Positions 36,303-46,489 of a stretch of 64,000 nucleotides of DNA are shown one piece after another. Origin of the DNA: Minisyncoccota bacterium (GTDB lineage: Bacteria > Patescibacteriota > Minisyncoccia > Phycocordibacterales > SBAW01); the NCBI GenBank assembly GCA_035510635.1, contig DATKGU010000010.1:2149-66148 (forward strand). The letters run 5' to 3'. The position numbers and the translations under genes were made by a program. Numbering within the stretch: the stretch's first letter is position 1; each line of letters begins with the position of its first letter. Below the pieces are notes generated by a model. That model did not search any database. It had not been told where the DNA came from and saw nothing but the letters and a program-made list of their open reading frames with translations.

Positions 36303-37214
36303 TTATTTCCTGCGTTGGCCGTGGAATTTTTTGTGGACTTCCCTTAGATGTTTGTCGGTTATGTGCGTGTACACTTGCGTCGTGGCAATGTTGGCATGGC
36401 CGAGGAGCGCCTGCACGCTGCGCAAGTCGGCGCCATTTTCGAGCAGGTCGGTGGCAAAGGAGTGGCGGATAACGTGCGGGGTAACCTTGCGCGTGATGCC
36501 GGCCAGCGTGGCATATTTTTTAACAATCCTCTCAATACTGCGCGGTGTGATGCGCAACTCTTTGGCTCCTTTAGAGGTTTTACCCATTTGTATAAAGAGC
36601 GCATCGTCCATATCGGTGCGCTTTGCGTCGTAACGTTTGATTGCCTCTTTAGCCTCGGGGGAGAGAAAGACCACACGCACCTTCTCGCCTTTGCCGCGGA
36701 TAGAAAACTCGTCGCGCGAAAGGTCGAGGTCGCGATTGAGCGAGCACAACTCCGAGACGCGCAGGCCGGTGGAGAAAAAAAGTTCGAGTATCGCTTTGTC
36801 GCGCAAAGACTGCACCGTATTTGCCTTTGGGCCTCCAAGCAGCCTGTCGAGTTCTTGGCTCGAGATGAGGTCGAGGTCGCGCTGGCCAACCTTGGCAAGC
36901 TCGATGCGCTCGGGGTTGAGCGACTCGAGCCCGCGCTTGCGCAAAAACTTTAAAAACGCGCGGAGCGAAATCATGTAGTAGTTTTGCGTTTTTAACTTCA
37001 TGGTGCCGGTGGTGCCCGGCTGGCGGTTGAGATGGAGCCGAAACTCGCGCACCATTTGCTCGGTAATGTTGGATGGGGAAGTGATTTTGGTGTGTGCTAA
37101 AAAACGCGTGAGATAACGGTCGTAATTTTCGACCGTTTTGACGCCACGGCCTTTTTCGATCTCCAAATATTCCAAAAATTGCGACTTTAATTCCTTGAGA
37201 TTTTGATTTGCCAT
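36303..37214 (-). CDS. tyrosine recombinase XerC/XerD family
   Basis: Start at the internal MANQNLKEL; R..H..R..Y catalytic signature: ...HVIRHSFAT..., ...LLGHANIATTQVYTH. Confidence 0.85.
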   Translation of the reverse strand: MANQNLKELKSQFLEYLEIEKGRGVKTVENYDRYLTRFLAHTKITSPSNITEQMVREFRLHLNRQPGTTGTMKLKTQNYYMISLRAFLKFLRKRGLESLNPERIELAKVGQRDLDLISSQELDRLLGGPKANTVQSLRDKAILELFFSTGLRVSELCSLNRDLDLSRDEFSIRGKGEKVRVVFLSPEAKEAIKRYDAKRTDMDDALFIQMGKTSKGAKELRITPRSIERIVKKYATLAGITRKVTPHVIRHSFATDLLENGADLRSVQALLGHANIATTQVYTHITDKHLREVHKKFHGQRRK

Positions 37215-37297
37215 GTGTCGCACAATTTTAGCACGAGAATGTTGGAACACACCGTGGGGTCTTGCGCAAATTGCGAGCCTGTGCTACCATATCGGGC

Positions 37298-37564
37298 ATG
37301 CTTACCAAGCGGAAGAAGACGGCCACCATTAAGGAAGCGGCCATACACGACAAGGACACCGGCTCGCCGGAGGTTCAGGTTGCGCTTTTGTCTAAAAAAA
37401 TAGACGAACTCGCGCTCCATTTAAAGAAACACCTCAAGGATACGCACTCGCGCCGCGGTCTTTTGCAGATGGTTGCAGACCGCCGCACTCATTTGAAGTA
37501 TTTGGAAGGAAGCAACAAGAAGCGCTACAACGCACTTGTTAAAAAGCTCGGCCTCAAGAAATAA
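37298..37564 (+). CDS. rpsO: 30S ribosomal protein S15
   Basis: Start at the internal MLTKRKK; ...[33 protein letters not shown]... is an S15 signature. Confidence 0.9.
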   Translation: MLTKRKKTATIKEAAIHDKDTGSPEVQVALLSKKIDELALHLKKHLKDTHSRRGLLQMVADRRTHLKYLEGSNKKRYNALVKKLGLKK

Positions 37565-37689
37565 GGCACCTTTTACAGCATCTTCACCGTATAGATAGGC
37601 GAAGCGTGCTACTTTTATACGCGTAGCTCTCTTTTTTGTTCGGAAGCATTTTATTAGAGGTTCATTATTTTTAAACGCAGTTTCATTTT

Positions 37690-38346
37690 ATGGCTATCAT
37701 AAAACACAAAAGCCAGCGTGTCGGCATTTTTATAGACACGCAAAATCTTTATCACAGCGCAAAAAATTTGTACAAAGCCAAGGTTAACTTTGGCAATGTC
37801 GTTAAAGAGGCACTCGCCGGCCGCGTGCTCATACGCGCGGTGGCCTACGTTATCCGCACCGAAAGTGAGGAAGAGCGCGGTTTTTTTGATGCACTTAACA
37901 AAATAGGCATTGAGACCAAGGTCAAAGATATCCGTATCTTTGCCGGCGGCGCTAAAAAAGCCGACTGGGACATTGGCATGGCTATCGACGCCATTGCGAT
38001 GGCCAACAAGCTCGACACCGTGATACTCGCAACCGGCGACGGCGACTTTGTCCCGCTCGTGGAGTATCTCCGTTACTCATCGGGCATCCAAGTGGAGGTT
38101 ATCTCCTTTGGCAAATCGTCTTCGGGCCAGCTCAAAGAGGTGGTCGATGACTTTATCGATATGTGCGACAACCCAAAAAATTATCTCATAAACTATCGCG
38201 GCGGGGGCAAGAGTGCTTGGATACCAAACTTTGGGTCAGGCAACGAGCACCAAGACGAGAGTACCGACAACAAAAGGGGAGAAACAGCCGACGAAGGCAT
38301 AGACATAGGCACCGAGGTCTATGACGACTCCGAGGAGGAGAAATAA
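37690..38346 (+). CDS. NYN-domain (LabA/DUF88-like PIN-fold) protein
   Basis: 218 aa; RVGIFIDTQNLYHSAK ... VILATGDGDFVPLV; acidic C-terminal tail. Confidence 0.7.
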   Translation: MAIIKHKSQRVGIFIDTQNLYHSAKNLYKAKVNFGNVVKEALAGRVLIRAVAYVIRTESEEERGFFDALNKIGIETKVKDIRIFAGGAKKADWDIGMAIDAIAMANKLDTVILATGDGDFVPLVEYLRYSSGIQVEVISFGKSSSGQLKEVVDDFIDMCDNPKNYLINYRGGGKSAWIPNFGSGNEHQDESTDNKRGETADEGIDIGTEVYDDSEEEK

Positions 38347-38514
38347 AAAAAACATTACACAAAAAGTTGGGAGCCCCGCAGGTGAGCCTGCGGGGCTTTT
38401 GTTTTGGATATTTTTGGCGTAGAGTAAACGGGTATTCATTAATATATAAGCGCCCTTGGATAGGTAGTTCTCAATTATGATTGAGGCCTAAAATCTGAGG
38501 GCACACAAAGCCCT

Positions 38515-40800
38515 ATGCAAAGCAAAAGTTTTAGTTTGGAAGTTGGTGGCAAGACCATGACGGCGGAGTTTACCGACCTGGCGGAGCAAGCCGACGGCTC
38601 GGTTATCGTGCGCTATGGCAACACCGCGGTGTTGGCCACAGCGGTTATGTCAACTCGCACACGCGACGATATCGATTACTTCCCGCTCACGGTTGATTAC
38701 GAAGAGCGCTTTTACGCCGCAGGCGCGATACTCGGCAGCCGCTTTATGCGCCGTGAGGGCAGACCATCTGAGCAGGCAATACTCTCCGGCCGTGTGGTTG
38801 ACCGCACTATCCGGCCGCTCTTTCCGCAACATGTGCGCAACGAAGTGCAAGTGATTATCACCATGCTTGCGGTTGATGAGGAGGACCCGAGCCCGGTTGC
38901 CGTTAATGCCGCGTCGCTTGCGATTGCAACGTCAAACATCCCGTGGGACGGGCCGGTTGCGGCGGTGCGCATTGGTATGCGTAGAAGCGCCCCCGACGCA
39001 AAGGTCGGGGCAGGCTACGTAATAAACCCAACGTTTGCCGAGCGCGAGTCGAAAGATATGACGCTCGAGATACTTGCATGCGGCAAGGACAGCACCATTA
39101 ACATGATTGAGGTGGGTGCCTCGCAAGCGAGCGAGGACGATATTGCTGCCGGATTTGTAAAAGCAGTTGAAGAGCACGACAAAATAATTGAGTGGCAAAA
39201 AAAGATTATCGCAGAGATTGGGAAAGAAAAGCGCTCTGCCGAAAAGCCTGCGCTACCCGCGGCGATGCTTGAACTTTTTGAAAACGAATTTAAAACAAAA
39301 TTGAGTGAGGCGGTGTTTTGCGGCGCACCCAGCAAAGATGCCATACACACTGTGCAAGATGAGTGGATGGAAGCGATAGGGGAGCTGCAAGCTTCCGTGA
39401 AAGGGAGAGATGAACACGACCCCAACTCCCTTTCCACGGAACTTGCAGCTCCTCTCAACGTGGGTGTGGCCAAAAGATTTTTGGAAGACAAAGTTGATGA
39501 GGAGATACATCGCGGCGCAGTAGAGGAAGGGAAGCGCGCCGACAATCGCGCGTTTAACGAAGTGCGCCCGCTGTTTGCAAAAGCCGGCGGCATGTCGGAG
39601 ATACTCCACGGCTCGGGTATCTTTTATCGCGGCGGCACGCACGTGTTTACGGCGCTCACCTTGGGCGGCCCCGGCGACTCGCAAATTGTCGACACGATGG
39701 AAGAGCACGATGTTAAAAAACGCTTCATGCATCATTACAACTTTCCACCGTACTCCTCAGGCGAGACAGGCCGCATGGGCGGGATAAACCGCCGCGCAAT
39801 AGGACACGGCGCACTTGCCGAAAAAGCTTTGAGTGCGGTGATACCACCGGCAGAGCAATTCCCGTACACTATCCGCCTCGTGTCGGAGTGTTTTGCAAGC
39901 AACGGTTCAACCTCGATGGGCTCGGTGTGCGCATCGACGCTCGCGCTCATGGACGGCGGCGTGCCGATTGTGGCGCCCGTGGCCGGCATCGCGATGGGTC
40001 TTATGCTCTCGGCCAATTTTGCCACTGACAAAAAATACAAAGTGCTCACCGACATCCAAGGGCCGGAAGATGAGTTTGGCGACATGGACTTTAAAGTTGC
40101 CGGCACGCGCGCGGGCGTGACCGCGATACAAATGGACATCAAGCTCGGCGGCGTGCCGGTGCCGATATTGGTGGAGGCGCTCGCGGGCGCCAAAGCCGCG
40201 CGCCTGCACATACTCGACGTGATAGAAAAAGAGATTAGTACACCGCGCGCGCATATATCGCCGCGCGCGCCGGAGATTCTTACTCTGCACGTGCGCCCCG
40301 ACCAAATTGGTCTCGTTATCGGCGGCGGCGGCAAAACAATCAACGGCATTAGAGACGTAACCGGCGTCTCCGACATCACTATTGAAGACGACGGCTCGAT
40401 ATTTATCACCGGCAAAAACGGCACGGCCGAAAAAGCTAAAGGAATGATCGAAGCGCTTGTTAAAGAATACAAACCAGGCGAAGTGTATGAAGGGGAAGTG
40501 ACGCGCCTCATGGACTTTGGCGCGTTTGTGCGCATCGGCCCCGGCAAAGATGCCGAAGGATTGGTGCACGTTTCGGAAGTGGCGCCGTTTCGAATTGAGC
40601 GTATTGCACAGGCCGTTAGCGTGGGGGAGCGTGTGCGGGTTATGATAAAAGAGATCGATGAGAAAGGCCGCATCAATCTCTCGATAAAAGCTGCGGACCC
40701 GGACTTTGCAACACGCAAAGGACTCGCACCTTCAACCAACACCAATGGAACCAACGGAACCAGTCACTCCCCAAGAACCGGCAGCAGGCCAAACGCCTAA
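38515..40800 (+). CDS. pnp: polynucleotide phosphorylase
   Basis: 761 aa; two RNase PH domains, KH and S1; about 45-aa low-complexity C-terminal extension. Confidence 0.93.
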   Translation: MQSKSFSLEVGGKTMTAEFTDLAEQADGSVIVRYGNTAVLATAVMSTRTRDDIDYFPLTVDYEERFYAAGAILGSRFMRREGRPSEQAILSGRVVDRTIRPLFPQHVRNEVQVIITMLAVDEEDPSPVAVNAASLAIATSNIPWDGPVAAVRIGMRRSAPDAKVGAGYVINPTFAERESKDMTLEILACGKDSTINMIEVGASQASEDDIAAGFVKAVEEHDKIIEWQKKIIAEIGKEKRSAEKPALPAAMLELFENEFKTKLSEAVFCGAPSKDAIHTVQDEWMEAIGELQASVKGRDEHDPNSLSTELAAPLNVGVAKRFLEDKVDEEIHRGAVEEGKRADNRAFNEVRPLFAKAGGMSEILHGSGIFYRGGTHVFTALTLGGPGDSQIVDTMEEHDVKKRFMHHYNFPPYSSGETGRMGGINRRAIGHGALAEKALSAVIPPAEQFPYTIRLVSECFASNGSTSMGSVCASTLALMDGGVPIVAPVAGIAMGLMLSANFATDKKYKVLTDIQGPEDEFGDMDFKVAGTRAGVTAIQMDIKLGGVPVPILVEALAGAKAARLHILDVIEKEISTPRAHISPRAPEILTLHVRPDQIGLVIGGGGKTINGIRDVTGVSDITIEDDGSIFITGKNGTAEKAKGMIEALVKEYKPGEVYEGEVTRLMDFGAFVRIGPGKDAEGLVHVSEVAPFRIERIAQAVSVGERVRVMIKEIDEKGRINLSIKAADPDFATRKGLAPSTNTNGTNGTSHSPRTGSRPNA

Positions 40801-41947
40801 CACTCCTCCGCACGATCCTTTTGATTTAGGGAAGATTTTGCTGCCTAAAAAAGAAACGCCGGGTCAAACGCCCGCGAGTGCCTCCCGCGTCAACGCGGGC
40901 GCGTTGCTCGAGCAAGAACAAAACGCCACATTGCTTGGAGGCGCGGGCGCGGATGCCGTGGATGTGAGCGCCGAGTCTTCGAGGGGGAACGGAGCGACAT
41001 CCGCGCCCGCGCCTGCGGCGGAGACGCAAACGGTACAGCCAATCGAAACCTACCAGGGAGATATCGAAGGACTCGTAAAAGATAAAAATGTTTCGGTGCT
41101 CTCGATTGCCGCGGCAGAGGCCGCGCGTCGCGCGCAAACGCACGAGAGCGAGGAACGCGCACCCGCGCAAGACCGGTCGGCACTGATTAAAAACATTGGC
41201 CTCTTTGCGCTCGGGTTTTTGTTTTTAGTCGCCGCGTCGGGCGCGCTTGCTTATATAGTAGAGCGCCCCACCTCGGTCGGCACGCCGCAAGCGCCCACCG
41301 CTCCTTTTATCGCAGTTGATGACACAAAAACAATTACGATAGACCAGTACACGACACGGACGTCGCTTATGTCGACGCTCACCGCCGCCAAACAAGCCAC
41401 CGCGCTCTCGCTCGGGCTCATGTCGCGGCTCCTTATTACAACCGCCTCGAGCACCGCAAGCGGCCAAGTGCTTGTGCCACTAGACGCACAAAGTTTTTTT
41501 ACGCTCATCGCGCCCGACATACCGCAAAATCTTTTGCTAACGATGCAACCAACCTTCCTTTTGGGCGTGCATGTGTACAACGACAACCAGCCATTTTTTA
41601 TCATACGCGTCGACTCCTACGAACAGGCGTATGCGAGCATGCTCGCGTGGGAGCCCACCATGCAGGCCGACCTCTCACCGCTCTTTGATTACACGCCATC
41701 GCCGCATATCCCCGAGCAGGGTATTGCCACCACCACGCCGCCCGCGCAGTTTATACAAACGGGCTTTGTGGATATGATTGTCGAAAACCACGATGCGCGC
41801 GTGATACAAAACAGCACAGGCGACATCAGCCTGCTCTGGACCTTTATCGACCGCAATACTTTGGTGATAACCACCAATGATGCCACCTTGCGCGAGATTA
41901 TCTCGCGCCTGCAAAACGCCCCAGTCACCCCCATCCCCACGCAGTAA
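40745..41947 (+). CDS. hypothetical membrane-anchored protein (Pro/Thr-rich N-terminus, single TM, large extracytoplasmic domain); its 5' end overlaps the pnp 3' end
   Basis: The ORF begins inside pnp (ATGs at 40706 and 40745); TM LIKNIGLFALGFLFLVAASGALAYIV. Confidence 0.5.
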   Translation: MEPTEPVTPQEPAAGQTPNTPPHDPFDLGKILLPKKETPGQTPASASRVNAGALLEQEQNATLLGGAGADAVDVSAESSRGNGATSAPAPAAETQTVQPIETYQGDIEGLVKDKNVSVLSIAAAEAARRAQTHESEERAPAQDRSALIKNIGLFALGFLFLVAASGALAYIVERPTSVGTPQAPTAPFIAVDDTKTITIDQYTTRTSLMSTLTAAKQATALSLGLMSRLLITTASSTASGQVLVPLDAQSFFTLIAPDIPQNLLLTMQPTFLLGVHVYNDNQPFFIIRVDSYEQAYASMLAWEPTMQADLSPLFDYTPSPHIPEQGIATTTPPAQFIQTGFVDMIVENHDARVIQNSTGDISLLWTFIDRNTLVITTNDATLREIISRLQNAPVTPIPTQ

Positions 41948-41979
41948 AAAATCGTCTAATAGGGTATACTATCCCCCAT

Positions 41980-42342
41980 ATGAATACCGACCATTTTAAA
42001 AAGAAACTTGAGGACGAGTTAAAAACGGTGACCCGCGAGCTCGACGACTTGGGCTGGAAAAACCCCGAAACAGGGGAGTGGGAGGCGGCCACCGCCGACC
42101 TCGACACCTCGGCCACGGAGGAGGATGAGCTTGCCGACAACCAAGAGGAGCTTGAGGAGCACCAGGCTGAGATAGAGCCTTTGGAGCTCCGCTATATCGA
42201 GCTTAAGCACGCGCTCGAAAAAATCGACGAAAATATTTATGGCACCTGCGAGGTGTGCGATGTTGCTATTGAAGACGACCGCCTTGAGGCAAACCCAGCT
42301 GCCCGCACCTGCCTCGCGCACGTAAACACCACCGCGGTCTAA
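41980..42342 (+). CDS. DksA/TraR-family C4 zinc-finger protein
   Basis: 120 aa; acidic coiled-coil then YGTCEVCDVAIEDDRLEANPAARTCLAH (CxxC...CxxH zinc-finger-like). Confidence 0.75.
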   Translation: MNTDHFKKKLEDELKTVTRELDDLGWKNPETGEWEAATADLDTSATEEDELADNQEELEEHQAEIEPLELRYIELKHALEKIDENIYGTCEVCDVAIEDDRLEANPAARTCLAHVNTTAV

Positions 42343-42373
42343 AAAGAAAAACTCCCTTTTCGGAGGAGTAGGG

Positions 42374-42415
42374 CTCCCGTTCATCTCTCCGGAGAAAACG
42401 GGAGTTTTTCTTTTT
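42374..42415 (+). terminator. rho-independent terminator after the dksA-like gene
   Basis: CTCCCGTT-N15-AACGGGAG then TTTTTCTTTTT. Confidence 0.75.
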
Positions 42416-42464
42416 AGAAACTTTGGTACTTGTATTGTAAAAACTATTTGGTAAGCTCCGCGGC

Positions 42465-44054
42465 ATGCAATATGCCAAAGTTTACGGGGCGCAGACTTCT
42501 CTTTTAACACCGCATCTTGTTTCGATCGAAACCGACCTCTCGAGAGGCTTGCACGCTTTTACACTTGTGGGCTTGCCCGACAAATCGGTTGAAGAGTCGC
42601 GCGACAGAGTATCGGCTGCGATAAAACACGCGGGCTTTGACTCGCCAAAGAGCCGCAACCAAAAAATTGTTATCTCGCTTGCGCCCGCCGATTTAAAAAA
42701 AGAAGGGCCGATGTTTGATTTGCCGATTGCAATTTCATACTTGCTTGCATCCGACGACATACGCTTCGACCCGGAGCCGTATCTTTTTATCGGCGAGCTT
42801 TCGCTCGACGGACACCTCTGCGCCGTGCGCGGGATTTTGCCGCTCGTGGCCGATGCCAAAAAAAGAGGCAAGCGCGCGGTGTTTGTTCCGAAGGAGAACG
42901 AGAGGGAAGCGGCGCTCGTGCCCGGCATCACGGTGTACGGCGTGGAGACGTTGCGCGAGATACTTGAGCATCTCGATACAAAAAAGCCCCGACGCTCTTC
43001 CGAAGAGGTCGGGGTCCCGACCGAAGCGTCGGGAAAAAAGAGTAATAAAGAAAGTAAGCGTTTAGTTCCGGCGCTCCAAACAAAACTTGAGGCCAGCGAT
43101 ATCGAAACGCAGTTTGCGTTTGAGGACATCCGCGGGCAGGAGAGCGCCAAGCGCGCGGCCATAATCGCCGCGGCAGGCGGGCACAACCTTGGACTCTCGG
43201 GGCCGCCTGGCACCGGCAAAACAATGCTCGCGCGTGCGCTTGCCTCGATACTCCCGCCGCTCTCCTTTGATGAGATGCTCGAGGTCAACAGCATCCACTC
43301 GGTGGCTGGCACATTGCGCGGCGAGCTGTTAACGATGCCTCCCATACGCGCGCCGCATCACACCTCAAGCTATGTTTCGATAGTGGGAGGAGGAGCCACG
43401 CCGCGCCCCGGCGAGGCAACACTCGCACACAAAGGTGTCCTCTTTTTAGACGAGTTCCCCGAGTTTGATAGGCGAGTGATAGAGGCACTGCGCCAACCAT
43501 TGGAAGACCGCGTGATATCAATCGCGCGTTCAAAAGGCACCGCAATTTTCCCTGCGCGGTTTACCTTGATTGCCGCGATGAACCCGTGCCCGTGCGGCAA
43601 CTATGGCCACCCCGAGATTGCGTGCACGTGCAGCCCGTTCGCGCTCGAAAAATATCGCCGCAAAATATCCGGGCCAATTGCCGACCGCATCGACCTCTGG
43701 ATACAAATGGGTCCGGTGGAGTTGACCGAGCTTGGCAAAAAATCAAAGCAGGGAAGTGAGACGCTTGTTGCGCGTGCACAAGTAAAAAAAGCGCGCGAGC
43801 GGCAAGCAACGCGTTATAAAACGCCGGGCAAAACAAACAGCGACCTTTCTCCGCGCGAGCTCGAAGAGTTTGTGGTGCTCGACCCCGCAGTGCGTGCAAC
43901 GCTCGAGAAAGCCGGCACGCGTTTGGCACTATCTCCACGCGCATTTCATCGCGTAATAAAAGTCGCGCAAACAATTGCCGACCTCGAAGGCGCCGAAAAA
44001 ATAAAAGAGAGCCACATCCTCGAAGCCCTGCAATATAGAGAGCGCAAGAGCTAA
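42465..44054 (+). CDS. YifB/ComM-family Mg-chelatase-like AAA+ ATPase
   Basis: 529 aa; N-terminal Lon-like domain, Walker A GPPGTGKTMLA, ChlI-type C-terminal domain. Confidence 0.85.
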   Translation: MQYAKVYGAQTSLLTPHLVSIETDLSRGLHAFTLVGLPDKSVEESRDRVSAAIKHAGFDSPKSRNQKIVISLAPADLKKEGPMFDLPIAISYLLASDDIRFDPEPYLFIGELSLDGHLCAVRGILPLVADAKKRGKRAVFVPKENEREAALVPGITVYGVETLREILEHLDTKKPRRSSEEVGVPTEASGKKSNKESKRLVPALQTKLEASDIETQFAFEDIRGQESAKRAAIIAAAGGHNLGLSGPPGTGKTMLARALASILPPLSFDEMLEVNSIHSVAGTLRGELLTMPPIRAPHHTSSYVSIVGGGATPRPGEATLAHKGVLFLDEFPEFDRRVIEALRQPLEDRVISIARSKGTAIFPARFTLIAAMNPCPCGNYGHPEIACTCSPFALEKYRRKISGPIADRIDLWIQMGPVELTELGKKSKQGSETLVARAQVKKARERQATRYKTPGKTNSDLSPRELEEFVVLDPAVRATLEKAGTRLALSPRAFHRVIKVAQTIADLEGAEKIKESHILEALQYRERKS

Positions 44055-44199
44055 TGTACAAAGGTTTAACCTTTGTAGAAGTAGTTAATCAAGTAAACCG
44101 GTTAAACAGAGCGGTGTGTGAGTAAAACCCCAAACCCTGTTTCACAGCTATAAATAGATGATATTATCTTGGTAACAGATTATTAATCACAAAAAATCC

Positions 44200-45087
44200 A
44201 TGACTTTTTTGTCTCACATATTTTTATCAATAGTGCTGGTAGTACAAGGATTCTTTGGCCACGCTCAACCAATAGCCGTAGTGCCTATCGCGACCAGTAC
44301 CGTGAGCAACACTACTAATAATCTACAGGCAGCCACGACTTCTACAATTACAAAAACACCTCCAGTTATGACACCTGCAAGTGCGCCAGTAGTCACGCCA
44401 ACGGCTCCTTCAAACACAACCCTTTGCAATGGAACTTACTACACAAATTGTCCGAGTGGAAATACTTTAGTTTGCCCTAACAATGGAGGTAAAGCTTATT
44501 GCACATCTTCAACGCCCACACAGCAACCAACTCAAAAAGTTACACCTCCAACAGGAGTTACAACAGACATTGCTGCCACCCTTCAGATGAAAACAGAGTG
44601 CGCTACCTTAGGATTACAGAAAGAAAACAGTGACAAGACTAGTCTTATTGGTACTGAGAGTATAATTCGAGATGCATATGGTTACAGTCCTTCTCTCAAC
44701 ACCTGCGTTTATGCGGCTGAGTATGAATTCCCGACTCTGAATACAATAGATGCATCATTTTATAATTTAATAACCGGCACGGGTATTTCTTTGCCTCAAT
44801 CAGGTTCATGGCTCTCGAATACTCGCACCCTCCCAGCAGGAGAATTCAACTACAATGGTTGGGTTTATGACTGCAACAATCTCCCAAGTTTTATAAATAC
44901 AGGAAATCAGCTGGGACAACAAAATTGGGTCCAGGTTAACACTGGGCAGTCGTGTGGAGTTGTATGGATTTATACCCCAGGAATAGACACTACGAAAGCA
45001 GTTGCTGTCTTTAACAACGTACCCTACGACTATGTCGCTCAGGTTCAAAACTTTTGGACTGAATATTCCACTCTCGTCCCACAGTAA
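44200..45087 (+). CDS. secreted hypothetical protein, 295 aa, Thr/Ser-rich N-terminal region
   Basis: Signal peptide MTFLSHIFLSIVLVVQGFFGHAQP; several Cys; no recognisable domain. Confidence 0.55.
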   Translation: MTFLSHIFLSIVLVVQGFFGHAQPIAVVPIATSTVSNTTNNLQAATTSTITKTPPVMTPASAPVVTPTAPSNTTLCNGTYYTNCPSGNTLVCPNNGGKAYCTSSTPTQQPTQKVTPPTGVTTDIAATLQMKTECATLGLQKENSDKTSLIGTESIIRDAYGYSPSLNTCVYAAEYEFPTLNTIDASFYNLITGTGISLPQSGSWLSNTRTLPAGEFNYNGWVYDCNNLPSFINTGNQLGQQNWVQVNTGQSCGVVWIYTPGIDTTKAVAVFNNVPYDYVAQVQNFWTEYSTLVPQ

Positions 45088-45120
45088 ATAAAAAATCCAC
45101 AATTGTGGATTTTTTATTTT
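45086..45120. terminator. bidirectional terminator between convergent genes
   Basis: AATCCACAATTGTGGATT perfect palindrome flanked by an A-run and TTTTTATTTT. Confidence 0.8.
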
Positions 45121-45140
45121 GTCTATTTATTTTTCAGAAA

Positions 45141-46220
45141 CTAATTTGCAAAAGGGTTTTCGGCGCCACGGACTTCGAAATGGAGGTGGTTGCCTGTTGC
45201 CAGGCCGGTCATGCCAACCAAGCCTATCGTGTCGCCTTGGCTCACACTCGCACCCGCGCTGGTGAGTACTTTGCTCATGTGTGCATAGAGTGTTTCGGTG
45301 CCGTTGGGATGCGAGATAACCACATAGTTGCCGTACCCGCCGTTCCACGCGCCGTTGTCTTTTGCAACAATCACGGTGCCGTTTGCCGCCGCATAAATTG
45401 GAGTGCCTTTTGGCGCGCCAATGTCTACCGCGTTCCATCCGTGCAACCCTTGCGTGATAACCCCGCCTTGCAAGGGCCATGCAAAGTAGCCGGGGATAGC
45501 GGGGCCGCTGCCGCCCAAGTACGGCTCGGTGGTGCTGCCTTTTGCAATACTCTTAATCACCGAAGAGTGAGAGCCGCTCACGCTACTACCGGAAGATTTT
45601 TTAGTTGATGACGAACCGGATGAAATAGCGGACGCTTCACCATCGGGGATGATGATGCTGTCGCCAACCGTGAGCGAGTCGCTGTCGGCCAAGCCGTTGT
45701 ACGATGCAATGTCGTGCGCGTTTGATTTATATTTTGTTGCGAGCGAGGCGAGCGTGTCACCTTTTACAATGGTGTGCTGTATGCCGGTGATAGGGAGGAT
45801 GATGAGCGTTTGGCCCGGCGCGATGACGCCGCCTTGTATGTCGTTGGCCCACACAATGGTGTTGACCGAGACATTAAACATTGCGGCAATCTCCGAGAGC
45901 GTGTCGCCCGGGCGCACGGTGTACACGCTAATCTGCGAGCTTGCCGGCGTGCTTGCAATGTCGGCCGCGGTACCGTCGGGCCCCTGGTCGGGCGCCAAAG
46001 CCGAGCCGTCGACTACGGTAATATTGCCGCCGCCAGTTGCCGCATTTGGGTCGACATTGACTATTGCAGAGAGAAGCGGCATGGTCTGCGAATTGGAGGC
46101 CGAACTTACGGTGCCGGCATCTTGCGCGGTCTGATTAAACAAAGACCCTATAAAAGAAAGGGCGCTTGCTTGCGCAAGCACCGGTATAATGAGCACACCT
46201 AAAGACGCAGACCCCAGCAA
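45141..46220 (-). CDS. secreted LysM-domain M23 (lysostaphin-like) peptidoglycan peptidase
   Basis: Signal peptide; two LysM repeats (GDTLSEIAAMFNVSVNTIVWAN...; GDTLASLATKYKSNAHDIASYN...); M23 ...HPNGTETLYAHMS...GNHLHFEV. Confidence 0.85.
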   Translation of the reverse strand: MLGSASLGVLIIPVLAQASALSFIGSLFNQTAQDAGTVSSASNSQTMPLLSAIVNVDPNAATGGGNITVVDGSALAPDQGPDGTAADIASTPASSQISVYTVRPGDTLSEIAAMFNVSVNTIVWANDIQGGVIAPGQTLIILPITGIQHTIVKGDTLASLATKYKSNAHDIASYNGLADSDSLTVGDSIIIPDGEASAISSGSSSTKKSSGSSVSGSHSSVIKSIAKGSTTEPYLGGSGPAIPGYFAWPLQGGVITQGLHGWNAVDIGAPKGTPIYAAANGTVIVAKDNGAWNGGYGNYVVISHPNGTETLYAHMSKVLTSAGASVSQGDTIGLVGMTGLATGNHLHFEVRGAENPFAN

Positions 46221-46489
46221 GAGATTGAAAAATAACGCTTTATTTGCCTTCTTCAGGAAAAACCGTTTAACCGCTGAAGAAGTGTCTATATTGTCTTGGT
46301 CTATAAGCCTATTTTGTGGGAATTGCAGCCAGTTCCCTCGTTTAATGGCTCAACAGAGCCATTTCATACAACCTTCACCCCGTACCTATCTAGGGTACCA
46401 GCTAGAGTTTGAGAGTCAACTAGACAAACCGGCAGCTGTGTATAACAAAAAAGACGGCTGTTTTAGCATTTTCACGATATAGTGCTTAA

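Noticed and set aside
36303-37250. The XerC/D-like recombinase as the integrase of a mobile element carrying the tRNA/LAGLIDADG region
   Set aside because: The gene sits beside rpsO and xth and has the XerC/D-type C-terminus. No flanking direct repeats or a phage or ICE gene set are visible. I regard it as the chromosomal dimer-resolution recombinase. A role as a tRNA-adjacent island integrase cannot be fully excluded.
40826-41183. Arg-rich ORFs 40826-41170 (-) and 40890-41183 (-), antisense to the 40745-41947 gene
   Set aside because: They are highly Arg/Pro-biased shadow frames of a GC-rich coding region.
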